Notes under the pieces: model-generated
Databases searched by the model: none
Seen by the model: the letters and a program-made list of their open reading frames with translations, nothing else
Told to the model about the DNA's origin: nothing
Translations under genes and position numbers: made by a program
Assembly: GCA_964016885.1 (NCBI GenBank)
Contig: OZ024740.1
Coordinates: forward strand, 402,814,001 to 402,878,000
Length of the DNA stretch: 64,000 bases
Direction of reading: 5' to 3'
Source: Eledone cirrhosa
Lineage: Eukaryota
Part shown: positions 14,674 through 28,185 of the stretch, piece after piece
Numbering within the stretch: position 1 is the stretch's first letter
How the letters are laid out: each line of letters begins with the position of its first letter

Positions 14674-16274
14674 ATGACTCATGAATATAAAGCTAATAAT
14701 TAAGGTCAGACAATCCATCTGAAGATAAGTAGAACACCACAAGATCTCCCTGCTAGGAATATTTCGTGTATTCTCTGTAAATTCTAGCGTGCGTGGGAGT
14801 TGAAAACATGATTTTGGTATTAAATTAATAATGCTTAGCAAATGTTGTAATCTAAAGTGTACACTTTTATTTTTCTCTGTAAAGTTACCCTTTGTTGAAA
14901 TAGTTTGAATGACGTACAGCCCATCAGTATTACTGATAGATTTTGAAGTTAAGAAACGATATCACAATTTGTCACCGACTACGTTTACATCAATGTGTCA
15001 TGGAAATGCGTTCCATTAACAGAAAGTCTTTTAGAAATTCAGTACAAAAATGATTTCTAAGCCAAGTATTGTAGATTAACATCTCTTTCCAACGAAGCAG
15101 ACTGCCTATTCACAAATCTATCCAATACCTTTGCATTTCTTATGTATAATGTTATTTAGAAACATTTTGTGTTAGCTTGTTCAACGTTTCATTTAATTTC
15201 TAAGCGTTTCTTGAGAGAATTCAAATTTGACCAAATATTGCTGCTTCTAAGTGACTTATTTGTTAACTACTGCTAAGGTCGGAAAAATGCTGAAATATGT
15301 ATAGATGTATGTAGCTTTTGACTTAACTTGAAAGGAAATATAACTATTTGCTATTCTTAAGATATTGCTGTTTCGCTATTTGGCGATTTGTATCTCTTTG
15401 GATGCACATTTCACTATTTTGATACTCCACATATTTAAAAGTTAACACTAACTTTTTACAACCTTGGTACATATATTTTATACTGCTCATTCAAACTGGT
15501 TTCTATAAAACAATAAAACATGGCAGGAGGCCCTCAGCAAAACTTGAGTTAATTAGTAAATCATATTAATTACATAGATCTAGTTATCAGTAATAATGAT
15601 AATGGCACTAACAGTGACTTCGGTGCAGATACCATTTGGCTAACAAATTTATCATCAGTTAATATTTATTTTTCTCTTTCCTTCGTTTGCAAGAACTGTA
15701 CCCCACGGAAAATCCCTCCCGACATATGTTTAAACTGCTAAACATCAAACACATCAAGAAATCATTAAAATAATATAAAGAATAAAACTGATTAAGTGCA
15801 GATTCCGATTTGTTTAAATCATTGGTGTTTGTTACTCAGCTGGCATGTCTACATACAAGCTAATTCTGCAATCTATGTTATATATTGATGTAAGTATATA
15901 ACGAGATGTTAGGTACCGAATACATGTAAGTTTAAATTGGTGATTGATATTAGCTTCATTTCATTTCCTGCTTTATGAAAACTGTTTAGGTTTACAAAGA
16001 TTTAAGTTTATAAGTACGCGTGTATGAACATGTGAGTTTGTATGGCTGTATGTAGTTGAAATAAACGAATGAAGAAATATTAACAAAAAGTTGTACTTGA
16101 AAATGTTGCTAGTTTCCTAATATGAATATTGTTTCTTACAGATTTTCTCTTCCGTGTATTAATAATCCCCCCTCAGCAAATTATCTGTGTATGACTTCAT
16201 GTATATAATTATATGTAATATCTATATATTGTATTTCTCTCCTTCACTCTCGCACACCCCCTCTCTCTCTCTAA

Positions 16275-16470
16275 AGCGTCGGGCACCATGCTATACAGCA
16301 TATGTTTATGAGCCTTATCAGTCTAGGTTCAAATCCCGCCGAGGTTAACTTTGCCTTTCATTCTTACGGGGTCAATAAAATAAAGCACCAGTAATGTACT
16401 GAAGTCGATTTAATTGACTTTCGCCTTCCCTAAAATGTTGGCCTTGTGCCTAAATCAGAAACCATTATTT
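16275..16470 (+). mobile_element. SINE, long-tail variant
   Basis: B-box and body are present. The tail and 3' flank are shared with the copy at 44838-45090. Confidence 0.8.
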
Positions 16471-16476
16471 CATATA

Positions 16477-16529
<53 letters not shown>

Positions 16530-16894
16530 CTCTTTGATCGTCCACGGGTTCTTGAGCACTCTCAAACTTTATTTTAGCTGAAGAAACTCATCAGATATCA
16601 TAGATAGATTGGCCCTTCTTGATTCCTTGCTGAGAACCCCTTCTGCTGTGGTATTGATAAGCTCTTTCAGAACCATATACAGCACATCTGGTGGTTATTC
16701 AGTGCTTCAAACCAGTTGTTAACAGCCGCGGGGTAGGCTGTTCCCGTCGTTGGATCATGTGCGCCCAAGTTCAACCGAATTGTTCGTGCATATGCCCTCC
16801 TCTCTTTATTCTGTGATACCTACCAGGTTGTGGTATGAGTCAAAATCAAGTAGACGATAAGCCTCCACGTTTAAGACACACCTCGGCCAGATTC

Positions 16895-17265
16895 TCTTAA
16901 CCACAAACCTAACCCTTACATAAACACTAACACAAATACTAACCATGGCAGTAAACCTTAGCTTATCACTAACACTAACCCAAAGTCTAACCTTAACTCT
17001 AAGCTTGAGCCTAAACCTAAACGTAAACCAAACAGTAAGCCTCTGCCGAACCCTAAGCCCGAGCCTACAATTAATAGTAAACCTAACCCCATCCCAACCC
17101 TAACTATAAACCTAATGCTGAACCAAAATCTAACTTTAGCCGTAACACTATTCCTAACACTAAAACTAACCATGCCACTAAACTTAACGTTGACCGTAAC
17201 CATAACCTAAACCATAGCTTTAACTTTAACCCTAACCTTATCCCTAACCAATCTTAACCTAAACC
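16895..17265. repeat. Degenerate (CCCTAA/CCTAAC)n telomere-like hexamer tract
   Basis: Repeated AACCCT/AACCTT/AACACT hexamers over about 370 bp. Confidence 0.75.
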
Positions 17266-17339
17266 CCCTTCTCTCTTTCTCACAATCTATCTCCCCAACC
17301 CCTCTCTCTCTCTCTGTATATATAGAGAGAGTTAAATAT

Positions 17340-18300
17340 TAGACAGGAACAAAAAACAGAGAGACAGTAGAAATGGTAGTTTATTAGGTTCACGCTTTTG
17401 AGAGTGAGGGGACGACGTTTCGGGCATAAGCCCTTCATCAGGAGAAAAGTGGGTAGGAAGAGACTTCAGAGGGTGTGTGGGGGAGTGGTAGAAACACATT
17501 TTTTAAAAAGTGGGGGGAGAGAAAAGGGAGGAAAAACGATTTTTTTAGAAGCACAAATAAAAATAAAAATAAACATAAAATAAACAAGTGGTGGAAGGGT
17601 TGGAGGCGTGTAGGGGTGGGGGCGGGTAGAATTGGAAGAGGGAGGCGGGGGTCCGAGCGAGGAGAGCTGAGAGAGGTGGGGGTCCGAGCGAGGAGACTGA
17701 GTGAGGTGTTTGTGTATGTGTGTAGGTGTACGTGTGTGTGTGTGCGTGTATGTGAATGTGAGAGTTGGGGGAAAAACGAGGATCCATGTTCAGGTAAAGG
17801 GGAACCAGTGTGTACATGGGGTGGGATGTGGTGTAAGTCGGTGTGTGCGTGCGTGTGGATGGAGAGGAGTCAGTGGGATGGGGGAGTGGCGTGTGTATTC
17901 CGGAGGCTGAGTGCGTGGGGATACGCACATGTGTGTTTGTGTTTATACTTGGTGTGGATGTAGGTGGCGTGGTTCGAAAAAGAATGTGTGTTTGTTCGTG
18001 GGAGTGTTCCTAAAGTAGTTCCGTAGAGTGTGCGATAAGATGTTGGATATTTCTCATGTTATAGAGTGGATAGCTGGAACGATGACCGGTGGTGTGAAAT
18101 CCAATTGTGGTAGTGTGGAAGTGGAGAGATGTGCGGTGCGCGCGCAACAGGAAGTGGTCACAGGGTCAAGACAGGGTGGAGAGATAGCTGTAGAGGAGGA
18201 TGAAAGGTGAAGAAAGGGTCTGATGTGGTGTGGACTGTGTATCTGTGTGTGCGGAGGTGCGGTTTGGAAACAGACTGGATGTCGCCTGGCGGATCGGTTA
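17340..18300 (-). mobile_element. Internally deleted Penelope-like element with a pseudo-LTR hammerhead
   Basis: Hammerhead core at 17414-17441. A decayed thumb-like peptide (PVIVPAIHS...ISNILSHTLRNY) lies on the minus strand at about 18000-18090. Confidence 0.55.
17414..17441 (-). ncRNA. Minimal hammerhead ribozyme core
   Basis: CUGAUGA-A-GGGC(UUAU)GCCC-GAAA-CGUC. The core and stem II are perfect and stem III is palindromic (ACGU). Stem I is not evident. Confidence 0.65.
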
Positions 18301-18352
18301 TATATATATATATTACTTACTGTGGTTACCTCCGATTCAACCCGGAATAACG

Positions 18353-18383
<31 letters not shown>

Positions 18384-18806
18384 ATGTATATACAGAGAGA
18401 GACGGTGACATCTTTGCGATGACTGTGGAAACTATATATTTAAATCTCAGACACAATTCTAGGTTAAGCATTATACCAGCAATAGCTTAACTCGTGTGTT
18501 TTGCGGACTGTAACTCGTGCAGCATTTGGTCTGTGATTTTCCCAGGCCGAACCAGTATCTGATGTGTAAACAACGATGGAAACTTTATAGTATATAATAC
18601 ATATACTATACCTTTTTGTTTATCTTAACAATTTCATAATGACACGTTATGTCATACCTTTAACTATTTTGTTTATATTGATTTACATTTGGCTACAAGC
18701 TATCGCCATTTATTTGCACATTCGTAAATGTAGAAATTCATGACGAATAAAGGTCTCCTGCTCACATAAATCAACTATATTTATTAATATATACATAAAT
18801 TCTCTC

Positions 18807-19187
18807 GGTGGATTGGCAGTATCGGTAGAAAGTCGGATGCCATGCTTTCCAACATAGTTATGTCCCTTTACGGTCTGAGTTCAAATCCTGTCGAGGGTAA
18901 CTTTGCCTTTCATCCTTACGGGGTCTATAAAATAAAGTACCAGTAATGCACTGAGTAATTGCTGGCCTTGTGCCAAATGTAGAAACAATTATATATATTA
19001 TGCGGTGCATTGGCAGTATCGGTAGAGGGTCGGACGCCATGCTTTGCTGCATAGAGTTACGGGCCTTTATGATCTGAGTTCAAATCCCGCTGAGGTTAAC
19101 TTTGCCTTTCATCCCTACGGGGTCGATAAAATAAAGCACCAACCTTACTGGGATAATTGCTGGCCCTATGCCAAAAGTAGAAACATT
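18807..19187 (+). mobile_element. Tandem SINE dimer (18807-18990, 19003-19187)
   Basis: Two consecutive full SINE copies separated by about 12 bp. Confidence 0.9.
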
Positions 19188-19576
19188 TAAATATAATTAT
19201 GTCGATATCTAATCAATGTTTTCAAGCTTATCTAAATAAGAAATTTAATGGCTCTCCTTTCAAAAACGGCCCCAGTACATTTTAAAAATCTTCCTTTCTT
19301 TTTTATAAGCTTATTTATGATGAGGTTCTTGCACAAATTCTGCAGATTTTAAAATCAAATAAAGCAAATATGTATACATTTCTCGAAAAATATGTGTGCG
19401 ACGGGGTGTATGTGTGTGTGCGCGGGCGCGTGTGTGTGCACGTGTCTGGGCGAGTATTTTCTCTCCGTCAAGACACATCCATTCATATCTCCACGATTCT
19501 CTGTTTCTACCAGCCATTCTGAACATCTCTGATTTTCGTTCAAACAGAAACTGTGTTTTCTTCCCTTTTTCTCGCT

Positions 19577-19621
<45 letters not shown>

Positions 19622-20252
19622 TTATCTCTATCTCTTTTCTATCTATCTCTGTCTCCCACTCTCTCTCTCTCTCCCTCTCTCTCTCACTCTTTCTCTATCA
19701 ATCTATCTATCTATCTATCTATCTTTTTCTTTTTCTTTATCTCTATCGCTTTTCTATCTATCCCTTTCGCTATCTCCCTCTCTTTCTCTCGTTCCCTCTG
19801 TCTCTCTTTATCAGTTTTACACACACACACATAGGTATCTACATTACACCCCCTTTTGAAACCTATCTATGCTACACTAGCCCCCTCTGTCAGCTAGGTC
19901 GGTTAATTAACGACTCCATTGCAAGACAGTTTAATGTCAACACCCATCGCTCGCCTCCACCCTGATTACCATTTATTTCTCTTCGCTTATTCCTTTCATG
20001 TTCCTTTTTTTTTATTCAATTTATTGATTTATTTTATCCAACCCGTCTTATCTGTTAAACACAACAAGACAGTAAATATTTCAGACCCACCCTTCACTTA
20101 TTTTTACCGCAGTCGTAACTCTAAAATCACAATGTAAATTACACATATGCTCATATTTATGCACACATATAATCGCTCACATGCTCACGCAATGCATACA
20201 TATATGTGTATATATATATATGTGTATATATATATATGTGTGTATGTGTATG

Positions 20253-20311
<59 letters not shown>

Positions 20312-20324
20312 GCATATATATGTG

Positions 20325-20357
<33 letters not shown>

Positions 20358-21343
20358 ATGTATAAATGTATGCATGTGTATGCGTGTATATATATATATG
20401 AGCACATGTAACAGTTATATAAATTGTGCCTATAAACATATATTTACTCGCACAAATACATATACGTATACACGTATATATATATAGAAATCCAGATAAA
20501 TATATATTCATTTATTGATCATTCAGACGTACCTATACACACTCCGTGTCTTGGTGGTGCACCTGAACTTAACTTGTTTTATTCTGACAGCAAATGAGAA
20601 CGGCCATTGACACTGGTTATGGAGAGACGTTTGACAACAGGAAAAGTTCACAAAACATGTTTATATATTACGTATACACACTCTCACACACACACATACA
20701 GAGATATACAGATACATAGATACATACATACAGTCACTCAGACACACACACACACACTCATACACGCACACACATATATATATACGTATACATACTTAGT
20801 AATTTAAATATATACATATGTGTATATATATATATATGCGTATGTGTGTGTGTGTGTGTACGTATGCATGTATTCATATATGTATGTCTGTATGTATTTA
20901 TGTATGTTGCGTATGAAACGCTACAATTTTACAAGACTTAGAACAAAACAAAAGCGTAAACAACAATGGCAGCAGATGATACGCATATCCGAATAGAGGT
21001 TTCAACAAAATACAATTATAAAAAGAAGTTAAAGAAGAACTATTATAATAATCCAACGCAAAATCAGTCTGAACCTTTGTTGACAGATCCTGGTTGACGA
21101 ACTTTTGTTTCCGGCTGATAAGATTCGGCGTGTCAAAAAATATTATCATGTGTAGAACTGACCTTCTAATCCTTTGGGATTACGCGATTAATTAAGGAGC
21201 AATTAAGCGTGAACTTGCTTTCCTCCACCAGCACCCTTATCAACACTACTTTCTCACTATCACTACCATCACCATCTTCGCCTCGACTTTCTCTTGCTTT
21301 ACTTTTCGCCATGTGTCAATATTATTATAGTTCTAGTTATTAT

Positions 21344-22330
21344 GGTGGATTGGCAGTATCGGTAGAGGGTCGGACGCCATGCTTTGCAGCAAAAGACTTA
21401 CTGCTCTTTATGGTCTGAGTTCAAATCCAGCCGAGGTTAACTTTGCCTTTCATCCTTATGGGGTCGATAAAATAAAATACCAGTAATACACTGGTATAAT
21501 TGCTGGATTTTGGCAAAAGTAGAAACAATTATTATAGTTCTGAGAATTGTCAGAAATGGGGAAGCTCAGTATGGGTGGTTATTTTACGACATCATTTTAT
21601 TTTCTCCTTAGTTCGTATGCTATTGTTGTCAATTTTGCATTCTATCCTTTCGGTGTCAATGAACTAATGTACCAGTGGTATATTGGTATCATTGTAATAG
21701 GTTATACCGCGTCCATCAAAACAATATTCAATCATATACCTATGCCAGAAATCAAAATTATTAAGCATTATCGGTAGAGGGTTGGACGCCATGCTTTGCA
21801 GCATAGAGTTACGCCCCTTTATAGTCTGTGTTCAAATCCCCTCGAGGTTCACTTTGTCTTTCATCCCTACGGGGTCGATTAAATAAAGTGCCAGTAATAC
21901 ACTGGGGTAATTGCTGGCATTGTGCCAAAAGTAGAAACAATTATTAAGCAGTATCGGTAGAAAGTCGGACGCTATGCTTTGCAGCATAGAGTTACGCCCC
22001 TCTATAATCTCAATTCAAATCCCGCCGAGGTTCACTTTGCCTTTCATCCTTATGGGGTCGATAAAATAAAGTACCAGTAATGTACTGGAAAAAAATAAAG
22101 TACCAGTAATGTACTGGGATTGCTGGCATTGGGCCAACAGTAGAAACAATTATTAAAGTGATGGACTTGCAGAATTGTAATAGCATCAGACAAATTATTT
22201 ACGGTGTTTATTCTGACTCTTTACGTTCTTAGTTCAAACCATGGTGACGTCAGTAAGGATAAAATAATATATGGGTCTATTTTTCTTTTCATTTAAATTT
22301 CCTGGCCTTGGGCCTAAGTTGGAATCCAAT
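21344..22330 (+). mobile_element. SINE cluster (21344-21535, 21770-21945, 21948-22155, plus degenerate copies)
   Basis: Repeated A/B boxes and bodies. The third copy has an internal duplication of AAAATAAAGTACCAGTAATGTACTGG. Confidence 0.88.
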
Positions 22331-22974
22331 ATTACTACAGCACTGTGGATTGACAAAATTCGAATAGCATCGAACAAAACGTATTTTGTTGTGACTCAGT
22401 TCACATCCTGCTAAACGATTTACTCGTACATTTCATCAGACAGTGAATCCATCAAACAAGTACCCAACAAATATGTGGCATTGTACATTAGCTAAAATAG
22501 TTTTATAGGAAATTCGAAATTGCACATTGAGTTGAATGTCTACCTTCCAGTAATGCATTTTTAAATTTAGATATTTCACTTACCCACCATAATGATATTT
22601 GGAAGACATATACACCCAACAATTCGACTTTTGCATCACTTGAAACGTGGTATAGTTGTGATTAGTCAAAAAGAAAGCTAAATATGTTGCTTATTTTCGT
22701 ATAAGATAGCGCCACTAGAGTGATGGCTATGACCATGATCATCAGAGTCGTTCTCAAGCCAATACGATTGAAATTGTTGATGTTTAGATTAAATGTCTTT
22801 GTCGGATAGGGACATAGGGTGGAGTTCTGGGAAATGGTGATAGCAAAGTGTTTAGTGCAATGGTTTGGAGGTTGGGACAATCTCCAGCAGCACAATCACT
22901 TACAAATGGGTATTTCTAATTGTATAGATTTTGTTGGAGTCTAAACTTTAGCTTGAATAATCAGTTTCGAGAAT

Positions 22975-23436
22975 TGCCATCCCTTGACCTTTTTCTCAGA
23001 CGAGGGTGGCATGAACATGACTTTTTAGCTCTCCAAGGACTTTGCTTCCTTTCTGCATAAGCTACAGCAAGAGAAAAAAGAAAATGTCATGCTCTCGTAA
23101 CATACGTGAAAGTCGTTTAGATGAAGTGATGATGAAGCTTGAAGCTTTTTTAAGCGGGGAAAAGTTTTGCAGTGGACCAATCCCACTCTCTTAACAACGG
23201 TGTTAGGTATACAAAACGAAAAACAGATCAATATCATTGGCTGCCATCAAGTTGTAGATTTTACATCAGAGTTTTTCTTTCTCCTAGAATAAAGTCCTAA
23301 CACAAACTAGGTGTCTCTCACTCCTGGTTGGTTAAGGACACGCTTGGACACCAAACCAAGTATTTCCATGTCCCCGCGCATACATGCATACATACATACA
23401 TACGTACATACATACATACAAACATACATACATACA

Positions 23437-23465
<29 letters not shown>
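22975..23465 (-). mobile_element. Repeat family R, copy 3 (diverged)
   Basis: Similar to 2380-2640 and ends in CCCCGCG-(CATA)n. Confidence 0.5.
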
Positions 23466-23467
<2 letters not shown>

Positions 23468-25640
23468 TTTTATACATGTGTGTGTGTGCGTTTACGTGTT
23501 TATGAATACGTACATTCAAACACATAAATATATCTACACTAATAAATGTCGATGTGCATGAACCAGGTTTGCGTACAAGACGCGAATAACATCCTGAGAA
23601 GTACAAAAGAGATCGTCATAATTCATTTACTGACTGATGACCAAAGATACACTCTCAGGGAATGTGTACAGTTTTACCGCAACAGAAAATCAGACGAAAT
23701 CCTTCCTGTTTACCAGCACAATATTATGCATGTTTGAATTGGCTGGAGACTTCAGAATAACAGGGAGGAAGATAACTAGAGAAACCTATGTTGAACCAGT
23801 TTCGGTTATATCAGCTGTCACGTGACAGGAAACAACACCATATGTAACACAAAAATGGGATAAGGATGTCAATCACTTATATCAGACGCCCGATGGGGAC
23901 TCTGTGAAATTAACACCTAATGTTTGAATCATATCATAAGAAGCTGTCCAAAGATGTCATCGTAATATATCCACTTAAAGAATGATGTAGTAGCCAAAAT
24001 ACTATATAATTCATTTCGTAGTCAGAATGGCCCAAGGAATAAATATATAAACGTTACTCTCATATAGAAGATATACCAACGTATCATAAGAAAGAACATT
24101 AGTTAAATGGTACTGCCGAAACCTTTGTAAAATATACGCAGAAAAAAATATAATTATCAGAGTTTGGTAAAGAGGGTTTTCACTGTAGTAGAAATCAACT
24201 GTGCAATAGACGATATGGCGGTAGATAAATACCAACAATTATTAGAGAAACTAACTTCTAACTGATCCAACCCTAATATTGTGTTGGTGTTCACAAAACC
24301 CTCAAAGACAATGGTTAGACGGGAACTTTGAATTAGAAGTCAATGTATGACAAAGATTGTCGGTTAAATGACAGGTATAACTCACTTAACAGTCTACTAT
24401 ATAGTGTAGTTCACGCCAATTACTCACACAATGCTTGAGTTGACCAAGGATTATTTTAAAATACACTTTCAATATATACCGGACGTCAATTCGAGACTTC
24501 ATGACTTCAAATATAATTTACTTTACCACACATTCATTTATGTCTACCAATACTCACGAATATTTATATAGAGTAAAGCAAGTTTATTATTGACCTTGGA
24601 AGAACGGCTGTTTCCAAGCAGAACATTAACTGTTGTTCACGAAAGAGACGGAAGTTGGGTAGTGGCATTGTGATGTACGATCGCCCCAACCAGTATCATA
24701 AAAGTTAGGTTGGTCTTGAGATATAGAATGACGGGTGATGGAGTTACTTGGTCTGCCTGTAATGTGACCACCACCAAAACAGCTGCATTAAGCAATGATA
24801 GACTGAGCAGTAGGAAAAACACAACATAACTAAAGAATCCATTGCGCGTCATACGACAAACAACTTCATGCTAGAGGTCCCTATGTTAAATTGTGATTTG
24901 TGTCGAACACCGGGTGTGTGAATCGCAGCCAATAATTTGGCTGACAACCAACATATAAAATTGATTGGAGCTACACAAATAAACAATAACTCATATGTCT
25001 CATTCTAACAGGAAATGTATGTAAGCCACTACATCCAAATGGCCTCTCCGTAAAATATGAACGCGTGAGTAACAATAATTACATGGCCTGTGACATTTAG
25101 CAGAGGTAAAGCAAGATTAAACTGTATCAGCAATTTCATCGTAAGTGATGAGGTCCTTCTTCTGTCTGTATCATTTGAAAAATGAGAGCTATTATCTCAT
25201 TAAGACAGAAGCTGTGAGATGGAGACAAAGATAGGGATAGAGAGGAGGGGGTAGAATTTAAATAGCGATAGGAGAATGGTAAAAGTACAGTAAAATTAAA
25301 AAGAAATTCAGAGACTGTTTAGAAAGTGCAGAAGTAAAAGTCAATATAATACGGAAAATAACAAGATACAAAAAGAATAAAAGAGAAAAATGAACAAAAT
25401 TGTTTAAAGTGATAAAGGAGATGTGAAGTGATAAAAAGTAGGAAGAGAGAGTTGACCGTATGAGAACGAGAGGGATACAAGGAAAATGGTTGGAAGCTGC
25501 GAGGAAAATATAGAAACAACAATACACATTGAAATGTATATATGCAGGCATGTTAACATAGACACATGCATACACACATGCACATGCTCTCACACACACA
25601 CATATACACGCACATACACTCACACAAACACATACATGTA

Positions 25641-25714
<74 letters not shown>

Positions 25715-25735
25715 TGTATATATATATATAAATAT

Positions 25736-25868
<133 letters not shown>

Positions 25869-27220
25869 TATATAGGCACAAGCATGTATATATGTACATG
25901 TGACTGTGTGTGTGCATATTGTAAGGTAGCAAGAAATATTTAACGAGGAATTGTAAAGAAGAGAGGGACAGAGAAAACAAACTAGTCAGTGGTAGAGAAA
26001 AAGAGAGAAAGAGATGGATAAACGGATAAACAAAGGAGATATATATATATAGAAGGAAATTAGAGGCAGATACATCGATAACCCTATAGAAGCAGAACGT
26101 TAGACAGTGTTGGTTCTGATAAAGAAAGAATGTAAGAAACTACGGACAATAAGAAGTAAAGAGAAGGAATTTGTGTCGGTTTTGATTGACAACGGAAAGA
26201 GAATTACGCCCAACATATATACATTTGTCAACATATGTAAAGAAGTCAGTTCCCTTTTAGTCTAGTGCATATCAAACTAAATGAAAAACAGAATGAGCAA
26301 AGGGTTGCGTTCGTTTTGAATAATCCATCCAGCTAAACGTGAGTCAATCAAGGAGAAAATAATTCGAGTCATATTCAAGAAATTACCACTTCATCCCAAA
26401 ACATTTAGTCCCACTCCCAAACCTTAGTTCTTATCACCATTTTCTTTTAAACCGAATCAGTCTATCATCGCACATCGTAGTGACATCAACTTTATCTCAC
26501 CGACTGCCATCATTAGTTCATGACTGCTCGTTTCATTGACACTAGTCTGCACTGTAGCATGTCTGTCCGTCAATTTGTGTGTAGTTTTTGCTTTGTCCCT
26601 GAATCAACTTAGATTTAGTAAACCTATAACCGAAGCATTCCAGGCGTGATCACTCCATCTTCTTGGCTGTATATACATTGTACAGCATTTCTGGCATGTG
26701 CTACTGAGATTTGATAGAGATTTGGCTGGTATTATTAGCATGTCAAGCGATCACCTTACTGCTCGTTTGTTGGTTCATATATTTGTTGATCATCCACTTA
26801 ATTTGACTTCTCTCCACTTTTTTTTTTTTTTCCTTCATCTAAATCAGAGACTTTCTGAAACTTTATCACACATACACTTACACTTTCATCCAATGTTTAT
26901 CTCATTTTTCATTATCTTTATTATATATTACTGACACACACACACACGCTTACACATATTCACTAGATTTTGGCAACATCTTTCGCCTTCATTGTTTCTG
27001 TATATTTCTCTCACATCTTTATCAAACTCACATTTCTCTCCATACCTTTCTTTATCTCTCTGCCTCTGTCTTTTTCTCACCCACTCTCTCTCTCCCTCCT
27101 GCATCTGTCCCTTTCTCTCAATCACTGCCCCGTCTACCCTCCCACTTTTTCTCTCACTACACATATGCATACAGGCATATCTACACACATATATATATAT
27201 ATATATATATATGTGTGTAG

Positions 27221-27258
<38 letters not shown>

Positions 27259-27317
27259 TTATATGTAAAAATATTTTCGAAACAGCGAGCGGGTTTGAAA
27301 TTATTATAAATGTAAGC

Positions 27318-27526
27318 TATCGCCGTATTTTGACTAAAGAAATTAAAGAAATTATTTAGCCTGATAGTGGGGTTAAGAACCCTCGGAGAAATGGAAAAAG
27401 ATGAGTATTGACGTACATGTACGTCAATACTCATCTTTTTCCATTTCTCCGAGGGTTCTTAACCCCACTATCAGGCTAAATAATTTCTTTAATTTCTTTA
27501 ATTTCTTTAGTCAAAATACGGCGATA
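27318..27526. repeat. Spacer-less palindrome with about 100-bp arms
   Basis: The centre is ACGTACA|TGTACGT at 27417/27418. The arms are identical apart from one extra 9-bp TAATTTCTT unit in the right arm. Confidence 0.95.
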
Positions 27527-27738
27527 TATATATATATATATATATATTGTTATACTTGGGGAGGGTCATATTTGCGTAATATTGCCAGAATTAATAACAG
27601 AACACACTCACTGTTTGGTTGGTTTTCGCTTCTCGCTGTTTTTATATCTGCGATCTAACTTACTCGGTCCTCAATGTAGCCATTGACTGACCGACGGTCA
27701 AAAATAATACAGATACAATATAGACTAATTCATCGCCG

Positions 27739-27786
<48 letters not shown>

Positions 27787-27825
27787 GTGTATGAGTTGAA
27801 ATAATAGAAAGTTAAATAAATAGAT

Positions 27826-28089
27826 ATGTTTCTTTATTAACCACAGGGGCACAAAAGAAGGGGACAAATACAAATGGGGAAGTTTACATACAACAAAAAC
27901 GTGTAAAATATTATCACAAATACAATTTAAAAGTTAATCGATTTTCCCCAATAGAGACATTTCATATGGGTAACACATACCCCCGAAAAAAATGTGCAAC
28001 CCTCATCTCCAGGAGTACGAAGAGTTTGTACCCCTTTCCTCTCTTCCTCTTTTTCCTCAACCTACAGGCTGATATAGAGAGAAGGCCCA
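27826..28089 (-). mobile_element. Tx1-like LINE copy D: 3' end only (last ORF2 codons GPSLYISL* + 3'UTR), subfamily 2
   Basis: Homologous to the 3' ends of the neighbouring copies. It ends TAATAAAGAAAC-ATATCTAT, and its 5' side abuts the (GACA/GATA)n tract. Confidence 0.85.
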
Positions 28090-28122
28090 GACAGACAGAT
28101 AGATAGACAGACAGACAGACAA

Positions 28123-28172
<50 letters not shown>

Positions 28173-28183
28173 TGATAGATATA
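28090..28183. repeat. (GACA)n(GATA)n microsatellite between copies D and C
   Basis: Direct reading. Confidence 0.95.
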
Positions 28184-28185
28184 TT

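Noticed and set aside
14820-15560. Possible decayed RT on the minus strand (YLGL-like motif)
   Set aside because: Only a single weak motif is present, with no ordered set of RT motifs.
18807-22155. CRISPR-like or satellite array suggested by recurring repeats
   Set aside because: The units are approximately 185-bp SINEs with irregular spacing, in a eukaryotic context with no cas genes.
23546-24240. Possible decayed Tc1/mariner transposase
   Set aside because: There is only a vague resemblance. No DDE motif or TIRs could be identified.
24637-24852. 71-aa minus-strand ORF with a signal-peptide-like N-terminus
   Set aside because: It is short, has no recognisable domain or splice support, and is expected by chance in T-rich DNA.
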